64,000 bases of DNA from positions 3,354-67,353 of the forward strand of contig JBHHYR010000001.1 of the NCBI GenBank assembly GCA_046757585.1. The letters run 5' to 3'. This document shows, piece by piece, positions 38,163-47,087 of this stretch. The position numbers and the translations under genes were made by a program. Position 1 is the first letter of the stretch. Each line of letters begins with the position of its first letter. Origin of the DNA: Candidatus Binatia bacterium (GTDB lineage Bacteria; Desulfobacterota; Binatia; HRBIN30). The notes under the pieces are model-generated. The model did no database searches, was not told the origin of the DNA, and saw only the letters and a list, made by a program, of their open reading frames with translations.

Positions 38163-39419
38163 ATGCCGATGAGCGGGGACCGAAAGCACGTGACCGTGTT
38201 CATCCATGGCCTGACGGCTGGGGGGGCGCAGCGCCGCACCCTTGCTCTGACCCGCGCCTTTGCCGCGCGTGGCCACCACGTGGATCTGGTCGTGGTGCAC
38301 GCGGCCGGGCCGCTACGGAATCAACTCTCCCATCTGGTACACCTTGTCGAGCTCGATCCCTGGACAACCCATCTTCCTGTGCTGAGACAGTCGAGGCGGG
38401 GCCAAGTGTTTGCGAGCATTCCGGCGCTGGCACGCTATCTCCGAGCGCAGCACCCCGACGTCATGCTGTCAGCAGCGAGCCACGTCAATCTGGGAGCACT
38501 CTGGGCTCGGCGGCTGGCGCGGGTTGGCACGCCCCTGGTCTTGCGAGTCAGCAATCATCTTTCGCGCGCGGCGTTCAACACAAGACGGGCGCCGCGCCTG
38601 CTTGCGCCGTTGCTGGCTCGGCACTGTTATCCCTGGGCGGATGCGATCATTGCGGTCTCGAACAGCGTGGCAGACGATCTGGCGAAGGTGACGCGAGCGC
38701 CGCGCGAACGGATCGTGACGATCTACAGCCCGGTTCTCACGGTAGAGCTGCAACGACAAATGGCCGCCCCGTTCGAGCACGCGTGGTTTGCACCCGGCGC
38801 TCCTCCCGTGGTGCTTGGCGCCGGTCGTTTCGTCGCGCAAAAGGATTTCCCCACCCTGCTCAAGGCCTTTGCACGGGTGCGCGCGGAACGTCCGGCACGA
38901 CTGATGATTCTGGGTGGAGCCAAGACTCCCAGGCGGCGGAGACGGCTGCTGGCACTGGCGCAGCGACTGCGGATGGCTGACGATGTAGCCCTGCCCGGCT
39001 TCATCCCGAATCCATTGCCCTACATGGCGCGCGCCGCAGTCTTCGTTCTGTCCTCGGCATGGGAAGGACTCCCCGCGGTGTTGATCGAGGCAATGGCGTG
39101 TGGCTGCCCAGTGGTGAGCACCGATTGTCCGGGCGGGTCCGCCGAAATATTGGAACGGGGCCGCTACGGACCGCTGGTTCCGGTCGGCGACGCTCCCGCG
39201 CTGGCGCATGCCATTTTGTCGCAGCTCGACGCGACACCAGACCGCGAGCGCCTGCGAGCGCGAGCCGCAATGTTCTCCGCCCCTGCCGCTGCGGATCGCT
39301 ACCTGGAGGTCCTGCTCGGCGTATGTCGCGGTGGCCCGCCGCGCATTGACTCACAACCCCTTCACCCACTTGCGAGGGGCAGCACCGCGCGCGGCGCCAG
39401 CCCTCAGCTCCGGGCCTGA
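38163..39419 (+). CDS. glycosyltransferase family 4 (GT-B)
   Basis: VTVFIHGLTAGGAQR at the N-terminus and the C-terminal E-x7-E region (SSAWEGLPAVLIEAMACGCPVVSTD). ATG at 38163 behind an AGGGAG RBS. Confidence 0.85.
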   Translation: MPMSGDRKHVTVFIHGLTAGGAQRRTLALTRAFAARGHHVDLVVVHAAGPLRNQLSHLVHLVELDPWTTHLPVLRQSRRGQVFASIPALARYLRAQHPDVMLSAASHVNLGALWARRLARVGTPLVLRVSNHLSRAAFNTRRAPRLLAPLLARHCYPWADAIIAVSNSVADDLAKVTRAPRERIVTIYSPVLTVELQRQMAAPFEHAWFAPGAPPVVLGAGRFVAQKDFPTLLKAFARVRAERPARLMILGGAKTPRRRRRLLALAQRLRMADDVALPGFIPNPLPYMARAAVFVLSSAWEGLPAVLIEAMACGCPVVSTDCPGGSAEILERGRYGPLVPVGDAPALAHAILSQLDATPDRERLRARAAMFSAPAAADRYLEVLLGVCRGGPPRIDSQPLHPLARGSTARGASPQLRA

Positions 39420-41201
39420 CGTACCCGCCGCCGCGGGCTGCATCCCACCGGCTGCCTGGCTCGTGGCGCCCTTTTCGTCTAATGGAGCAAGCGGGGTGAT
39501 CCGGCCATCTCCGACGTGATAGACATGGTCGGCAATGTCGATCAGCCGCCCCTGGTGGCAAATCGCCAGGATCGTCATCGTGCCCCGGAGTTCCAGCAAG
39601 GTCGCGCAAATTCCTTCCTCAGTCGCCGGGTCTAGGCCGGTCGTCGCTTCGTCCAAGATCAGTAGCCGCGGCCGGCGTGCCAACGCACGGGCCAAGGCGA
39701 TTCGCTGCCGCTGACCGCCGGAGATCCGTAGGCCTCGTTCGCCGACCATGGTGTCCGGTCCCTCCGGCAGTGCGGTCACGAATTCCCACGCGCCCGCCGC
39801 CCGCAATGCGGCTTCGACATCCGCTGCCGTCAGATCCGGGTCACCGAGCGTAACGTTGAGGCGGACGCTGTCGTGCAAGAGGAACGTCTCCTGCGGCACG
39901 TAGCCAATCATGGCACGCCAGAGGCGTGCGTCCAAAATGCGGAGCGAGACATCATCGATGAACACGTCTCCTGCTTGCGGTTCGATCAGACCGATGAGCA
40001 GGTCGGCAACGGTTGTCTTCCCGGCACCGGAGGGGCCGACAAGCACGGTCAGCCGGCCGGCAGGGACCCTGAGGCACGCGTCGCGTAGTACCCACCGTTG
40101 CTCGTACGCAAAGCTCGCATGCTGTAGCACCACCTCGCGCTGGAGCACGGGCGGTGTCCTCCCAGGTTTCACCTCATGTGCCGCTTCGGCCTGCTCGATC
40201 ATCGCGTTCAACGACCAGAACGCGCTCTCGCAAGCACCCATGCGCTGCACTTCCTTTTGAACCTTGCCTAGGCCGGCAACGATCTGCGCACACAGCAGCG
40301 CGAGCATGATCACGGTTGCCAGCGGCAACGTCGAGCGGGTCAATGCAACGTACAGGCCAGCCGCCAGGAACGCCACGATCAAGGGCTCCTGCAGTGCTCG
40401 CAGCGCTTCCTTGCTCAACACCTCGCGCTGCAGTGCGCGGTTCAGACGCCGGGTCTCACTTTCCAGCAGGGGCCCGATCAAGGTTTCGCGCGCCATCGCC
40501 TTGAGGGGCTTGACGCCCTGCAGCGTATCGGTAAGCCGCCCGAGCAGGGACTTCGTCAGCCGCGTTTGCCGTGTGCCTGCCCGGCGCGTCACATGGACCA
40601 GCCGATTGAAGGCGTACACGATCACCGCACCTGCAACCAGCGCCACAAGCGTCGCCCGCCATGACACGAGGAACGCCACACAGGCGTACACCACCGCCTC
40701 GACCAACAGGGAGAGGATCATGGTCGCGTGCAGGTAGGCTTCCGAAGCGCGCCGGGCTTCGGACGCCACCGCGTTGGCGAAGGCACCGACCGGTTGGTGA
40801 ACGTAATACTCCCAGCGTGTGCGCAACAGCGCGCGGATGAGCGCAAGCCGCAGGTCCGTCGCGACCTGGGCCACCGTGTACCCCACCTGCTTGTTGGCCA
40901 GGAGCACGAGGCCCGCTTTCACGGTCATCCCCGTTACGATCACCGCGAGGAGCACACCCGTGGTGGGCTGCAGTCCCACCACCTGTAAGGCGCGGGTGAC
41001 CGCCTGTTCCAGGGCGTTCGGGCTGCCACCGCCGTGCGTGCCCCCACCGGTCCGTGCGCCGGAGCGATTTGCGGCCAGCCCGATCAAGGGTAGGAGACTC
41101 GAGAGGCCCACGCCGGCAGCAAGACCACCAAGCAGCAGACAGATCAGCATGACGGCGGTGTGCCACGGGTACCTCCGCGCGAAACGGATCAAGAGCTGCA
41201 T
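39351..41201 (-). CDS. ABC exporter, fused TMD-NBD (MsbA-like lipid/glycolipid flippase)
   Basis: Six-helix N-terminal domain, then Walker A GPSGAGKTT, signature ISGGQRQRIALARA and Walker B LILDEAT. The convergent 3-prime end overlaps the GT4 gene by 69 nt. Confidence 0.85.
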   Translation of the reverse strand: MQLLIRFARRYPWHTAVMLICLLLGGLAAGVGLSSLLPLIGLAANRSGARTGGGTHGGGSPNALEQAVTRALQVVGLQPTTGVLLAVIVTGMTVKAGLVLLANKQVGYTVAQVATDLRLALIRALLRTRWEYYVHQPVGAFANAVASEARRASEAYLHATMILSLLVEAVVYACVAFLVSWRATLVALVAGAVIVYAFNRLVHVTRRAGTRQTRLTKSLLGRLTDTLQGVKPLKAMARETLIGPLLESETRRLNRALQREVLSKEALRALQEPLIVAFLAAGLYVALTRSTLPLATVIMLALLCAQIVAGLGKVQKEVQRMGACESAFWSLNAMIEQAEAAHEVKPGRTPPVLQREVVLQHASFAYEQRWVLRDACLRVPAGRLTVLVGPSGAGKTTVADLLIGLIEPQAGDVFIDDVSLRILDARLWRAMIGYVPQETFLLHDSVRLNVTLGDPDLTAADVEAALRAAGAWEFVTALPEGPDTMVGERGLRISGGQRQRIALARALARRPRLLILDEATTGLDPATEEGICATLLELRGTMTILAICHQGRLIDIADHVYHVGDGRITPLAPLDEKGATSQAAGGMQPAAAGTSGPELRAGAARGAAPRKWVKGL

Positions 41202-41312
41202 AGCGCCACCCGTGTGGTCTTGTAGCAGGATGTGTGTGGAAGCGACACCTCCACGCGCCTTGACATTGTGGCCGCGCTGCGCGCATCTCTACCCTGGTCG
41301 ACCGCGAAGCCT

Positions 41313-42536
41313 ATGAGTCCGAATGTCGCCTCCGAGGCCCCGCCGGCCGCATCCCCACGGCAGGAGGGGGCGGCCCGCCGCGGTGGCGAGCCCGCGCGGG
41401 CAACGCCGCCCGTGTATGCGCTCCCGGTCCAACATCGTCGCGACCGGACCCGCTTCATCAAAGTACCGTGGTCGGTCTACGCGGACGATCCGGTCTGGGT
41501 ACCGCCCCTCGTGGTGGAACGCCGGCAGCATCTATCGCAGCGCAACCCGTTTTTCGCCCACGCGCGGGCGCAGTTCTGGGTTGCCTACCGGCAGGGCCGG
41601 CCGGTCGGCCGCATCAGCGCCCAGGTGGATGACCTGCACCTGGAGCGTTATCACGACGCGACGGGCTATTTCGGATTTCTGGAATGCATCGACGATGGCC
41701 CGACGTTTCACACCTTGTTCACGGCCGCGGAAGAATGGCTGCGCCAGCAAGGCATGCGGCGCGCGATCGGGCCGTTCAACTTCTCCATCAACGACGAGTG
41801 CGGCCTGTTGATCGACGGTTTCGATACCCCCCCCATGTTCCTGATGGGCCACGGTCGTCCTTACTATGATGAACGCGTCAAGCAGCAAGGCTACCGAAAG
41901 GCCAAGGACACCGTGGCATATCTCCTCGCCACGGCGCAGTCGCCCCCCGCGGTCATGCAGGCGACCGTCCGCCGTGCCGGCTCGGGGCGCATACAGGTTC
42001 GCCCGCTGCGCCTCGCACATTTGCGCGAGGACCTCGACATCTTGCGCGACATCTTCAACGATGCCTGGTCGGACAACTGGAACTACACCCCGTTCACAGC
42101 CGCGGAATTGGCGGGGCTTGGCCAGAGCTTGAAGCTGTTTGTCCCGCCCGAGTTCGTGCAGATCGCGGAAGTGGACGGCATCCCCGCAGCAATGATCGTC
42201 GTAGTACCGAACCTCAACGAAAGCATTCGCGACCTCGGAGGTCACTTACTCCCGTTTGGCTGGCTGCGGCTGCTGTGGCGCCTCAAATGGGCCGGGCCAC
42301 GGACAGGCCGTGTGCCCCTGATGGGCGTGCGGCACGCGTATCAGCGCAGCTCGCTGGGCATGGCGTTGGTCTTCCTCCTGGTCGAGGCGGTGCGTGGCCC
42401 GGTGGCGCAACGCGGCATCGAACAGATGGAGCTCTCCTGGACGCTCGAAGACAACCGGGCGATGCGTCACATCAAGGAACGCCTCGGCGCTCGTTTGTAC
42501 AAGACCTACCGCATCTACGAAAAGACCTTGGTCTAA
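41313..42536 (+). CDS. GNAT-fold-like acyltransferase family protein (uncharacterised)
   Basis: Conserved N-terminal pattern FIKVPWSVYADDPVWVPPL....RNPFF.HA....WVAYR.GRPVGRISAQ.D plus GPFNFSINDECGLLIDGF. I recognise this as a family usually annotated as N-acetyltransferase. Recalled from memory, not searched. Confidence 0.5.
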   Translation: MSPNVASEAPPAASPRQEGAARRGGEPARATPPVYALPVQHRRDRTRFIKVPWSVYADDPVWVPPLVVERRQHLSQRNPFFAHARAQFWVAYRQGRPVGRISAQVDDLHLERYHDATGYFGFLECIDDGPTFHTLFTAAEEWLRQQGMRRAIGPFNFSINDECGLLIDGFDTPPMFLMGHGRPYYDERVKQQGYRKAKDTVAYLLATAQSPPAVMQATVRRAGSGRIQVRPLRLAHLREDLDILRDIFNDAWSDNWNYTPFTAAELAGLGQSLKLFVPPEFVQIAEVDGIPAAMIVVVPNLNESIRDLGGHLLPFGWLRLLWRLKWAGPRTGRVPLMGVRHAYQRSSLGMALVFLLVEAVRGPVAQRGIEQMELSWTLEDNRAMRHIKERLGARLYKTYRIYEKTLV

Positions 42537-42577
42537 AGACACGGGCCGTCCATCTTCAGGCGTCAGAGGCAGGCACG

Positions 42578-43420
42578 TTGCACGAATCGGAACCGGGAGA
42601 GGACGGCGTCTCAGGCAACCATTTTACCGCTCTGGTCCTGGCGGGGCGCCGTCCTAGTGGCGATGCGTTTGGCCGGATCACCGGCGTGTCTGATAAAGTA
42701 CTGATTCCTGTCGCCGGTGTGGCAATGTTGGTGCGGGTCGTTCGGACGCTGCGCGCCGCGCAATACGTGAACCGGGTCGTCGTTTGTGGAGTCGACGCGG
42801 CGATGCTTGCGGACCAGATGGAGCTCCGCGCATTCATGGACGCCGGAGAGGTGGCACTCCTGGACAGCCGGGCAACGCCCAGCGCCAGCGTGTTGCACGC
42901 TCTGGACCGGCTGCCGCAGTGTGTGCCGCTGTTGGTCACAACCGCGGATCATCCCTTACTGACCGCGGAAATGGTCGACTACTTTTGCAAGGCGGCGTTG
43001 CAGACTGGAGGCGACGTCGCCGTGGGACTGGTGGGTGCAGACGTGGTGCGCGCCGCGTTCCCGGAGTCCAAACGCACGTATCTGAGGTTTCGCGCCCAGG
43101 CCTACTGTGGGAGCAATCTTTTCGCGCTGCTGAGTCCCGCGGCGCGGCGTGCGCCCGCTGCGTGGATGCAGGTTGAGCAATACCGGAAACGACCTTGGAA
43201 GATGGTGCGCGCCTTGGGAGGCGTCGTGCTGCTCCGCTTTCTGCTGGGACGCCTGACGCTCGACGCCGTCGTCCGCTTGGCGTCCCGCAGGATCGGTATC
43301 CGGGCAGCTCCGGTCATACTCCCCTATCCCGACGCTGCTATCGACGTCGACACGCCGAAGGATTTGGCGCTGGCCGAGGCTATCCTGCGCCAGCGCGGGG
43401 AAACCGGACAGCGGCTCTGA
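42578..43420 (+). CDS. MobA-like NTP-transferase-domain protein
   Basis: ALVLAGRRPSGD...KVLIPVAGVAML...LLVTTADHPLL resembles NTP_transf_3 proteins. Start uncertain (TTG 42578 proposed). Confidence 0.5.
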   Translation: MHESEPGEDGVSGNHFTALVLAGRRPSGDAFGRITGVSDKVLIPVAGVAMLVRVVRTLRAAQYVNRVVVCGVDAAMLADQMELRAFMDAGEVALLDSRATPSASVLHALDRLPQCVPLLVTTADHPLLTAEMVDYFCKAALQTGGDVAVGLVGADVVRAAFPESKRTYLRFRAQAYCGSNLFALLSPAARRAPAAWMQVEQYRKRPWKMVRALGGVVLLRFLLGRLTLDAVVRLASRRIGIRAAPVILPYPDAAIDVDTPKDLALAEAILRQRGETGQRL

Positions 43421-43467
43421 GACGAGCGCAGGCGGTGCGACCTCGCTTCATCAGGCAGCGCGGGCTG

Positions 43468-44211
43468 CTACTGCCGCTCCATGATCTGCCACCTGGCAAC
43501 GAACTCGTGCGCTTTCCTGAGATCCTGCGGAAAATCGATCTCCATCCACTGCTGCGCATCGACGGATACAGCTTGCACGTGGCCGCGTTGCGCCAAATCG
43601 TTGATGACCGACAGGTACCAGAGGCGTCGCGCGCCCGGCTCCATCACGGCTGCTTCCAGTGCCTCACGGAATAACCCGGGCCCGGCACCCCGAAATATCA
43701 GCATCCCGATCGATTCGCCGTGGGTTTCCTGTGGAGGTAGGTCCTTTCCGATGCCGAGCAACGTGCGGCCATCGCAGCGCACTTTCATGTCGTCCGCGTC
43801 GTACGCGCCTTTGCGGCCGATCGCGACGGTGATGGGGGCGGGCTCGCTGGCAAGGAGCTGGCGCAGCACCGCAGCCTCGAACAGCGTGTCCCCATTGAGG
43901 AGAATGAAATCATCGTGCATGGCTTGGCGGGCCACCCAGCAACTCACCAAATTGTCCGCCACGTGGAAGAAGGGATTGTGCACCGTGTCGATCTGCGACG
44001 GCCGTGCACACGCCTGCGCGAGGGCTTCCTGGACCTTGCTGGCCGCAAACCCGACGACGACGGTGACCTTGCGGACGCCGCACGCCGCAAGCTCCTGCAA
44101 TTGCCAGTCGATGATTCGTTGACCCGCAACCGGCAACAGACACTTGGGCTGGCTGGCCGTCAGAGGAAGCAGGCGCTTACCTTGCCCAGCATTCAACATG
44201 AGCGCGTTCAC
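43468..44211 (-). CDS. sugar-/alcohol-phosphate nucleotidyltransferase (LicC/GlmU-N-like)
   Basis: MLNAGQGKRLLPLTASQPKCLLPVAG is the G-x-G-x-R-L nucleotide-binding signature. At 247 aa it is a single-domain protein. Confidence 0.78.
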   Translation of the reverse strand: MNALMLNAGQGKRLLPLTASQPKCLLPVAGQRIIDWQLQELAACGVRKVTVVVGFAASKVQEALAQACARPSQIDTVHNPFFHVADNLVSCWVARQAMHDDFILLNGDTLFEAAVLRQLLASEPAPITVAIGRKGAYDADDMKVRCDGRTLLGIGKDLPPQETHGESIGMLIFRGAGPGLFREALEAAVMEPGARRLWYLSVINDLAQRGHVQAVSVDAQQWMEIDFPQDLRKAHEFVARWQIMERQ

Positions 44212-44296
44212 GTGCGTCCCCCCGCTACGCGTGCCCTACTGCACATAAGGAAGTCTGCGCCAAGCGGAATTTCTGACGACGGACCCGCTCAACCCG

Positions 44297-44785
44297 TCAC
44301 CGCAGCTCTGAACTCCTATCCTTACGGCGCGTTCTGCGAGGCGGCGATACACGGTGGGGCCGGAGAGTGCGCAGACGCAAGCGGCGGAGCCGCATGTCAG
44401 CCCCTGGCGCCGTCTCGAGGCGCTGTTTCCACTCCTGCAACGTATCCCTCAGAAGAACCGGGTTCAAGTCTAGGATAGCGCAGATCGATTCAAAGGAAAA
44501 CAGCCATGGAGACCCGTCCTCGAAGATCCACTGCGCGGCCTCGGCGAAGAGTCGCCTTCCACGCGGGCGGCTGGCTGTGGCGTATTTTTGGAAGGACCGA
44601 ATCGCATCCTCCAAGATCGCCACCATCAGTCGTCTTTCTCCCTCAATCTCGCGCTGGCCGGGCCGCGCATCGAAATACTGTGCTGGAAAGACCACTTCCG
44701 GTCGGAAAAGGCCGACGGTGTCCGCGTCGAGACGCGGCACTCCCGCGCCGACTGCTATGGCCAGCTCACCACCATTCATCGTCAT
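44297..44785 (-). CDS. uncharacterised small protein with Arg-rich C-terminal tail (paralogue A)
   Basis: Shares the core ..PAQ(Y/F)...ERRLM.A(I/V)L(E/Q)DA......Y.......R.......W......(L/P)F(S/A)F..IC..L.L(N/D).......(L/I).EW with 59006-59446. GAAGGG RBS before the ATG. Confidence 0.5.
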   Translation of the reverse strand: MTMNGGELAIAVGAGVPRLDADTVGLFRPEVVFPAQYFDARPGQREIEGERRLMVAILEDAIRSFQKYATASRPRGRRLFAEAAQWIFEDGSPWLFSFESICAILDLNPVLLRDTLQEWKQRLETAPGADMRLRRLRLRTLRPHRVSPPRRTRRKDRSSELR

Positions 44786-44984
44786 GGCACCCTTCTGTGA
44801 GTCAGATGCTGGGCACGCGGGAACGTTGCAGTGGGTACCGTCAATCTCTCGACTCGACATCTTTCCGGAGGCCGTACCGCTGGCCGCGCTGCCGCCAGGG
44901 TGTCCGCCGGGCGTGCAACGCCGGACACACCCGCCGCATCTGACTAGGTTGAGAATGCCTGGCAGAAGAGGGGGGTGCGCGCGC

Positions 44985-45680
44985 ATGCGACTGAGTGCAC
45001 TGAGCGCCGTCGGGGCCACCGTGGCGTTGTTGGCGGTCCGATTGGTAACCTCGGAACCGGCTTGGGCAGAACATGCCGCATCCGCTGCCGAGCGGACCGC
45101 CGCCGGCAAACAGCTCGCGCAGCGCGCGTTGGACTGGTTGCATCGGGGCGAAGATGCCGCCACCAAACACGCCAGGCTGGCAGCCTACCGCAGAGGGGCC
45201 GAGCTGGCGCAACGCGCGATTGCCGCCGACCCAACAAACGCCGACGCACACTTTGCCGCGTTCGCTAACAAGGGACGTATCCTGCTCCTTGAAGGAGCGA
45301 CCGTCAACCTGTTGAACCTCCTGCGGTTGAATCGCGAACTCGATCGAACTCTGGAGCTCAATCCAAACCATGTCGACGCACTGGCGGCCCGGGGCGGTAT
45401 GTATCGCCAGCTCCCGTGGCTGCTCGGCGGCGACCTCAACAAGGCGGCGAGGTACCTCTCACGCGCCGTGGCACTTGATCCCCAAGCGGTAGGTGCACGC
45501 ATCGAGCTGGCCGAGGCCTACCGTGATATGGGCCATCCAGAGCGCAGCGTGCCTTTGCTGGAAAAGGCAGCTCGATTAGCGCAAAACATGGGCAAGGCAC
45601 GGCAGCTCGCCCAGGCGCGGGGCCTGCTTCGCGCACTGACGTCGAAGCGGCAGCCGGACCTCTCTTCCCCAAACAACTAG
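44985..45680 (+). CDS. TPR-repeat protein with signal peptide
   Basis: Signal MRLSALSAVGATVALLAV..AWA, then repeated A..Y..A...DP....A helix pairs (DPTNADAHF, NPNHVDAL, DPQAVGARIELAEAY). Confidence 0.65.
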   Translation: MRLSALSAVGATVALLAVRLVTSEPAWAEHAASAAERTAAGKQLAQRALDWLHRGEDAATKHARLAAYRRGAELAQRAIAADPTNADAHFAAFANKGRILLLEGATVNLLNLLRLNRELDRTLELNPNHVDALAARGGMYRQLPWLLGGDLNKAARYLSRAVALDPQAVGARIELAEAYRDMGHPERSVPLLEKAARLAQNMGKARQLAQARGLLRALTSKRQPDLSSPNN

Positions 45681-45693
45681 ACGAAGGATCGCC

Positions 45694-47079
45694 GTGTTCA
45701 GGGACCTCCCCGGTCGTTCGGTGCAACGTCTTGCCTGGGTCACGCTGTGGATCCTTTCCTTCCCGGTGCTGGACGCCCCCGTTGCTGGGGCAGAGCTGAC
45801 GCTGCAGCAAGCCGTCGCGCAGGCGGTTCACGCCAACACGGAAATTCGGATTGCGGCGCTCGAAACTGCGAAGGCCCAAGACGAGTCATCGCAGGCCCGC
45901 AGTGTTTATCTGCCGCGGCTGTGGGTGAGCAGCAATGCAGGGTACTCGAGCCGCTTGAACAAGAAGCTCCGGGCGGTGGACCGAAACGGACGGGAGCGCA
46001 CCTTTGGACTGGCCTCGCTCGGCGCCACGCGAGGGTTTTTCAACGCCGGCGTGGATCAGGTCCTGTTCGATGTCAGACGCTGGATCGAGGCCAACCAGAC
46101 GCAGCGCGGCGCGGAAGCCGCCGGGGTAGCTGAAGCAGCCCGCCGCGAGGAGATCGTGGCCGAGGTCGTGCGCCGGTACACCGATGTCCTTCGGCTGCAG
46201 CACCATCTCCGTCTCGACAAGCAGCATGTCACCCAGGCGGTGCAGCTGCGGGAGCAGGCCGCGGCGCTCGCGAAGGTGGGGAAGGCACTGGCCACGGACA
46301 TCGAGCTGGCAGCGCTGGGTGTCGACGCCGCACGCGCCGCTCGGGAAGCCCGTACCGCGGATCTCACCAGCGCCCGCGAGTCACTCATGCGCACAATTGG
46401 TTGGGGTGGCGGCAACACCTCCGCACCTCCGGCGCTGGTCGAGCAGAGTCTCCCCGACACCGGTACCCTCAGCACCGGTCGCATCGAGGACGCGGAGCTC
46501 TCGCAGACGCCTGACGTCAAGCTCCTCGGCTTGCGCGCACAGATGGAAGAGCAGAACGTGCAGGCGGCGCGGGCGGAGCGCCTTCCGACGGTGGCCCTCA
46601 CCGGTGAGTACTCGAACTTCGGGCCGAAGCGCTTCGACAATTTTCAAGATGAGTTCCGTCTCGGCGTCGAGGCTCGGCTGACCCTCTTCGACGGCTTGCA
46701 GACGCGCAATGCCATTGCAAAGGCCGAAAAGGGCCTCGCAGTGGCGCGCCTCCGGCATGACGCCGCGCTCGCGCTGAGGCGGGAACAAATTGACGCCATG
46801 ATCCGCCGGCTGGCGGCGGCGCGCCGGTCCACCGAGCTGGCGGCGCGTCGGGCTGTGGACGCCAAGGAACGACTGCGGCTCGCGGGTATCCGCCTCAGAA
46901 CGGGACAGAACACCATCGCTACGGCGGCGGATGCACTCGAGGGCTGGGCCCGGATCGCCCACGCTGCGGTCGATGCGCGCTTCGATCAGTTCGTGCTCTG
47001 GTCCCGGCTGGAACATGCACGCGGCCGTCTGGCCAAGACGCTGGGCAGCCCTGCCGCCGGCTCGGCCCCCATGCATTGA
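45694..47079 (+). CDS. TolC-family outer-membrane efflux protein
   Basis: LTLQQAVAQAVHANTEIRIA at the N-terminus and duplicated coiled-coil/OEP repeats. It is followed by MFP and ABC genes. Confidence 0.85.
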   Translation: MFRDLPGRSVQRLAWVTLWILSFPVLDAPVAGAELTLQQAVAQAVHANTEIRIAALETAKAQDESSQARSVYLPRLWVSSNAGYSSRLNKKLRAVDRNGRERTFGLASLGATRGFFNAGVDQVLFDVRRWIEANQTQRGAEAAGVAEAARREEIVAEVVRRYTDVLRLQHHLRLDKQHVTQAVQLREQAAALAKVGKALATDIELAALGVDAARAAREARTADLTSARESLMRTIGWGGGNTSAPPALVEQSLPDTGTLSTGRIEDAELSQTPDVKLLGLRAQMEEQNVQAARAERLPTVALTGEYSNFGPKRFDNFQDEFRLGVEARLTLFDGLQTRNAIAKAEKGLAVARLRHDAALALRREQIDAMIRRLAAARRSTELAARRAVDAKERLRLAGIRLRTGQNTIATAADALEGWARIAHAAVDARFDQFVLWSRLEHARGRLAKTLGSPAAGSAPMH

Positions 47080-47087
47080 CGGGCAGC

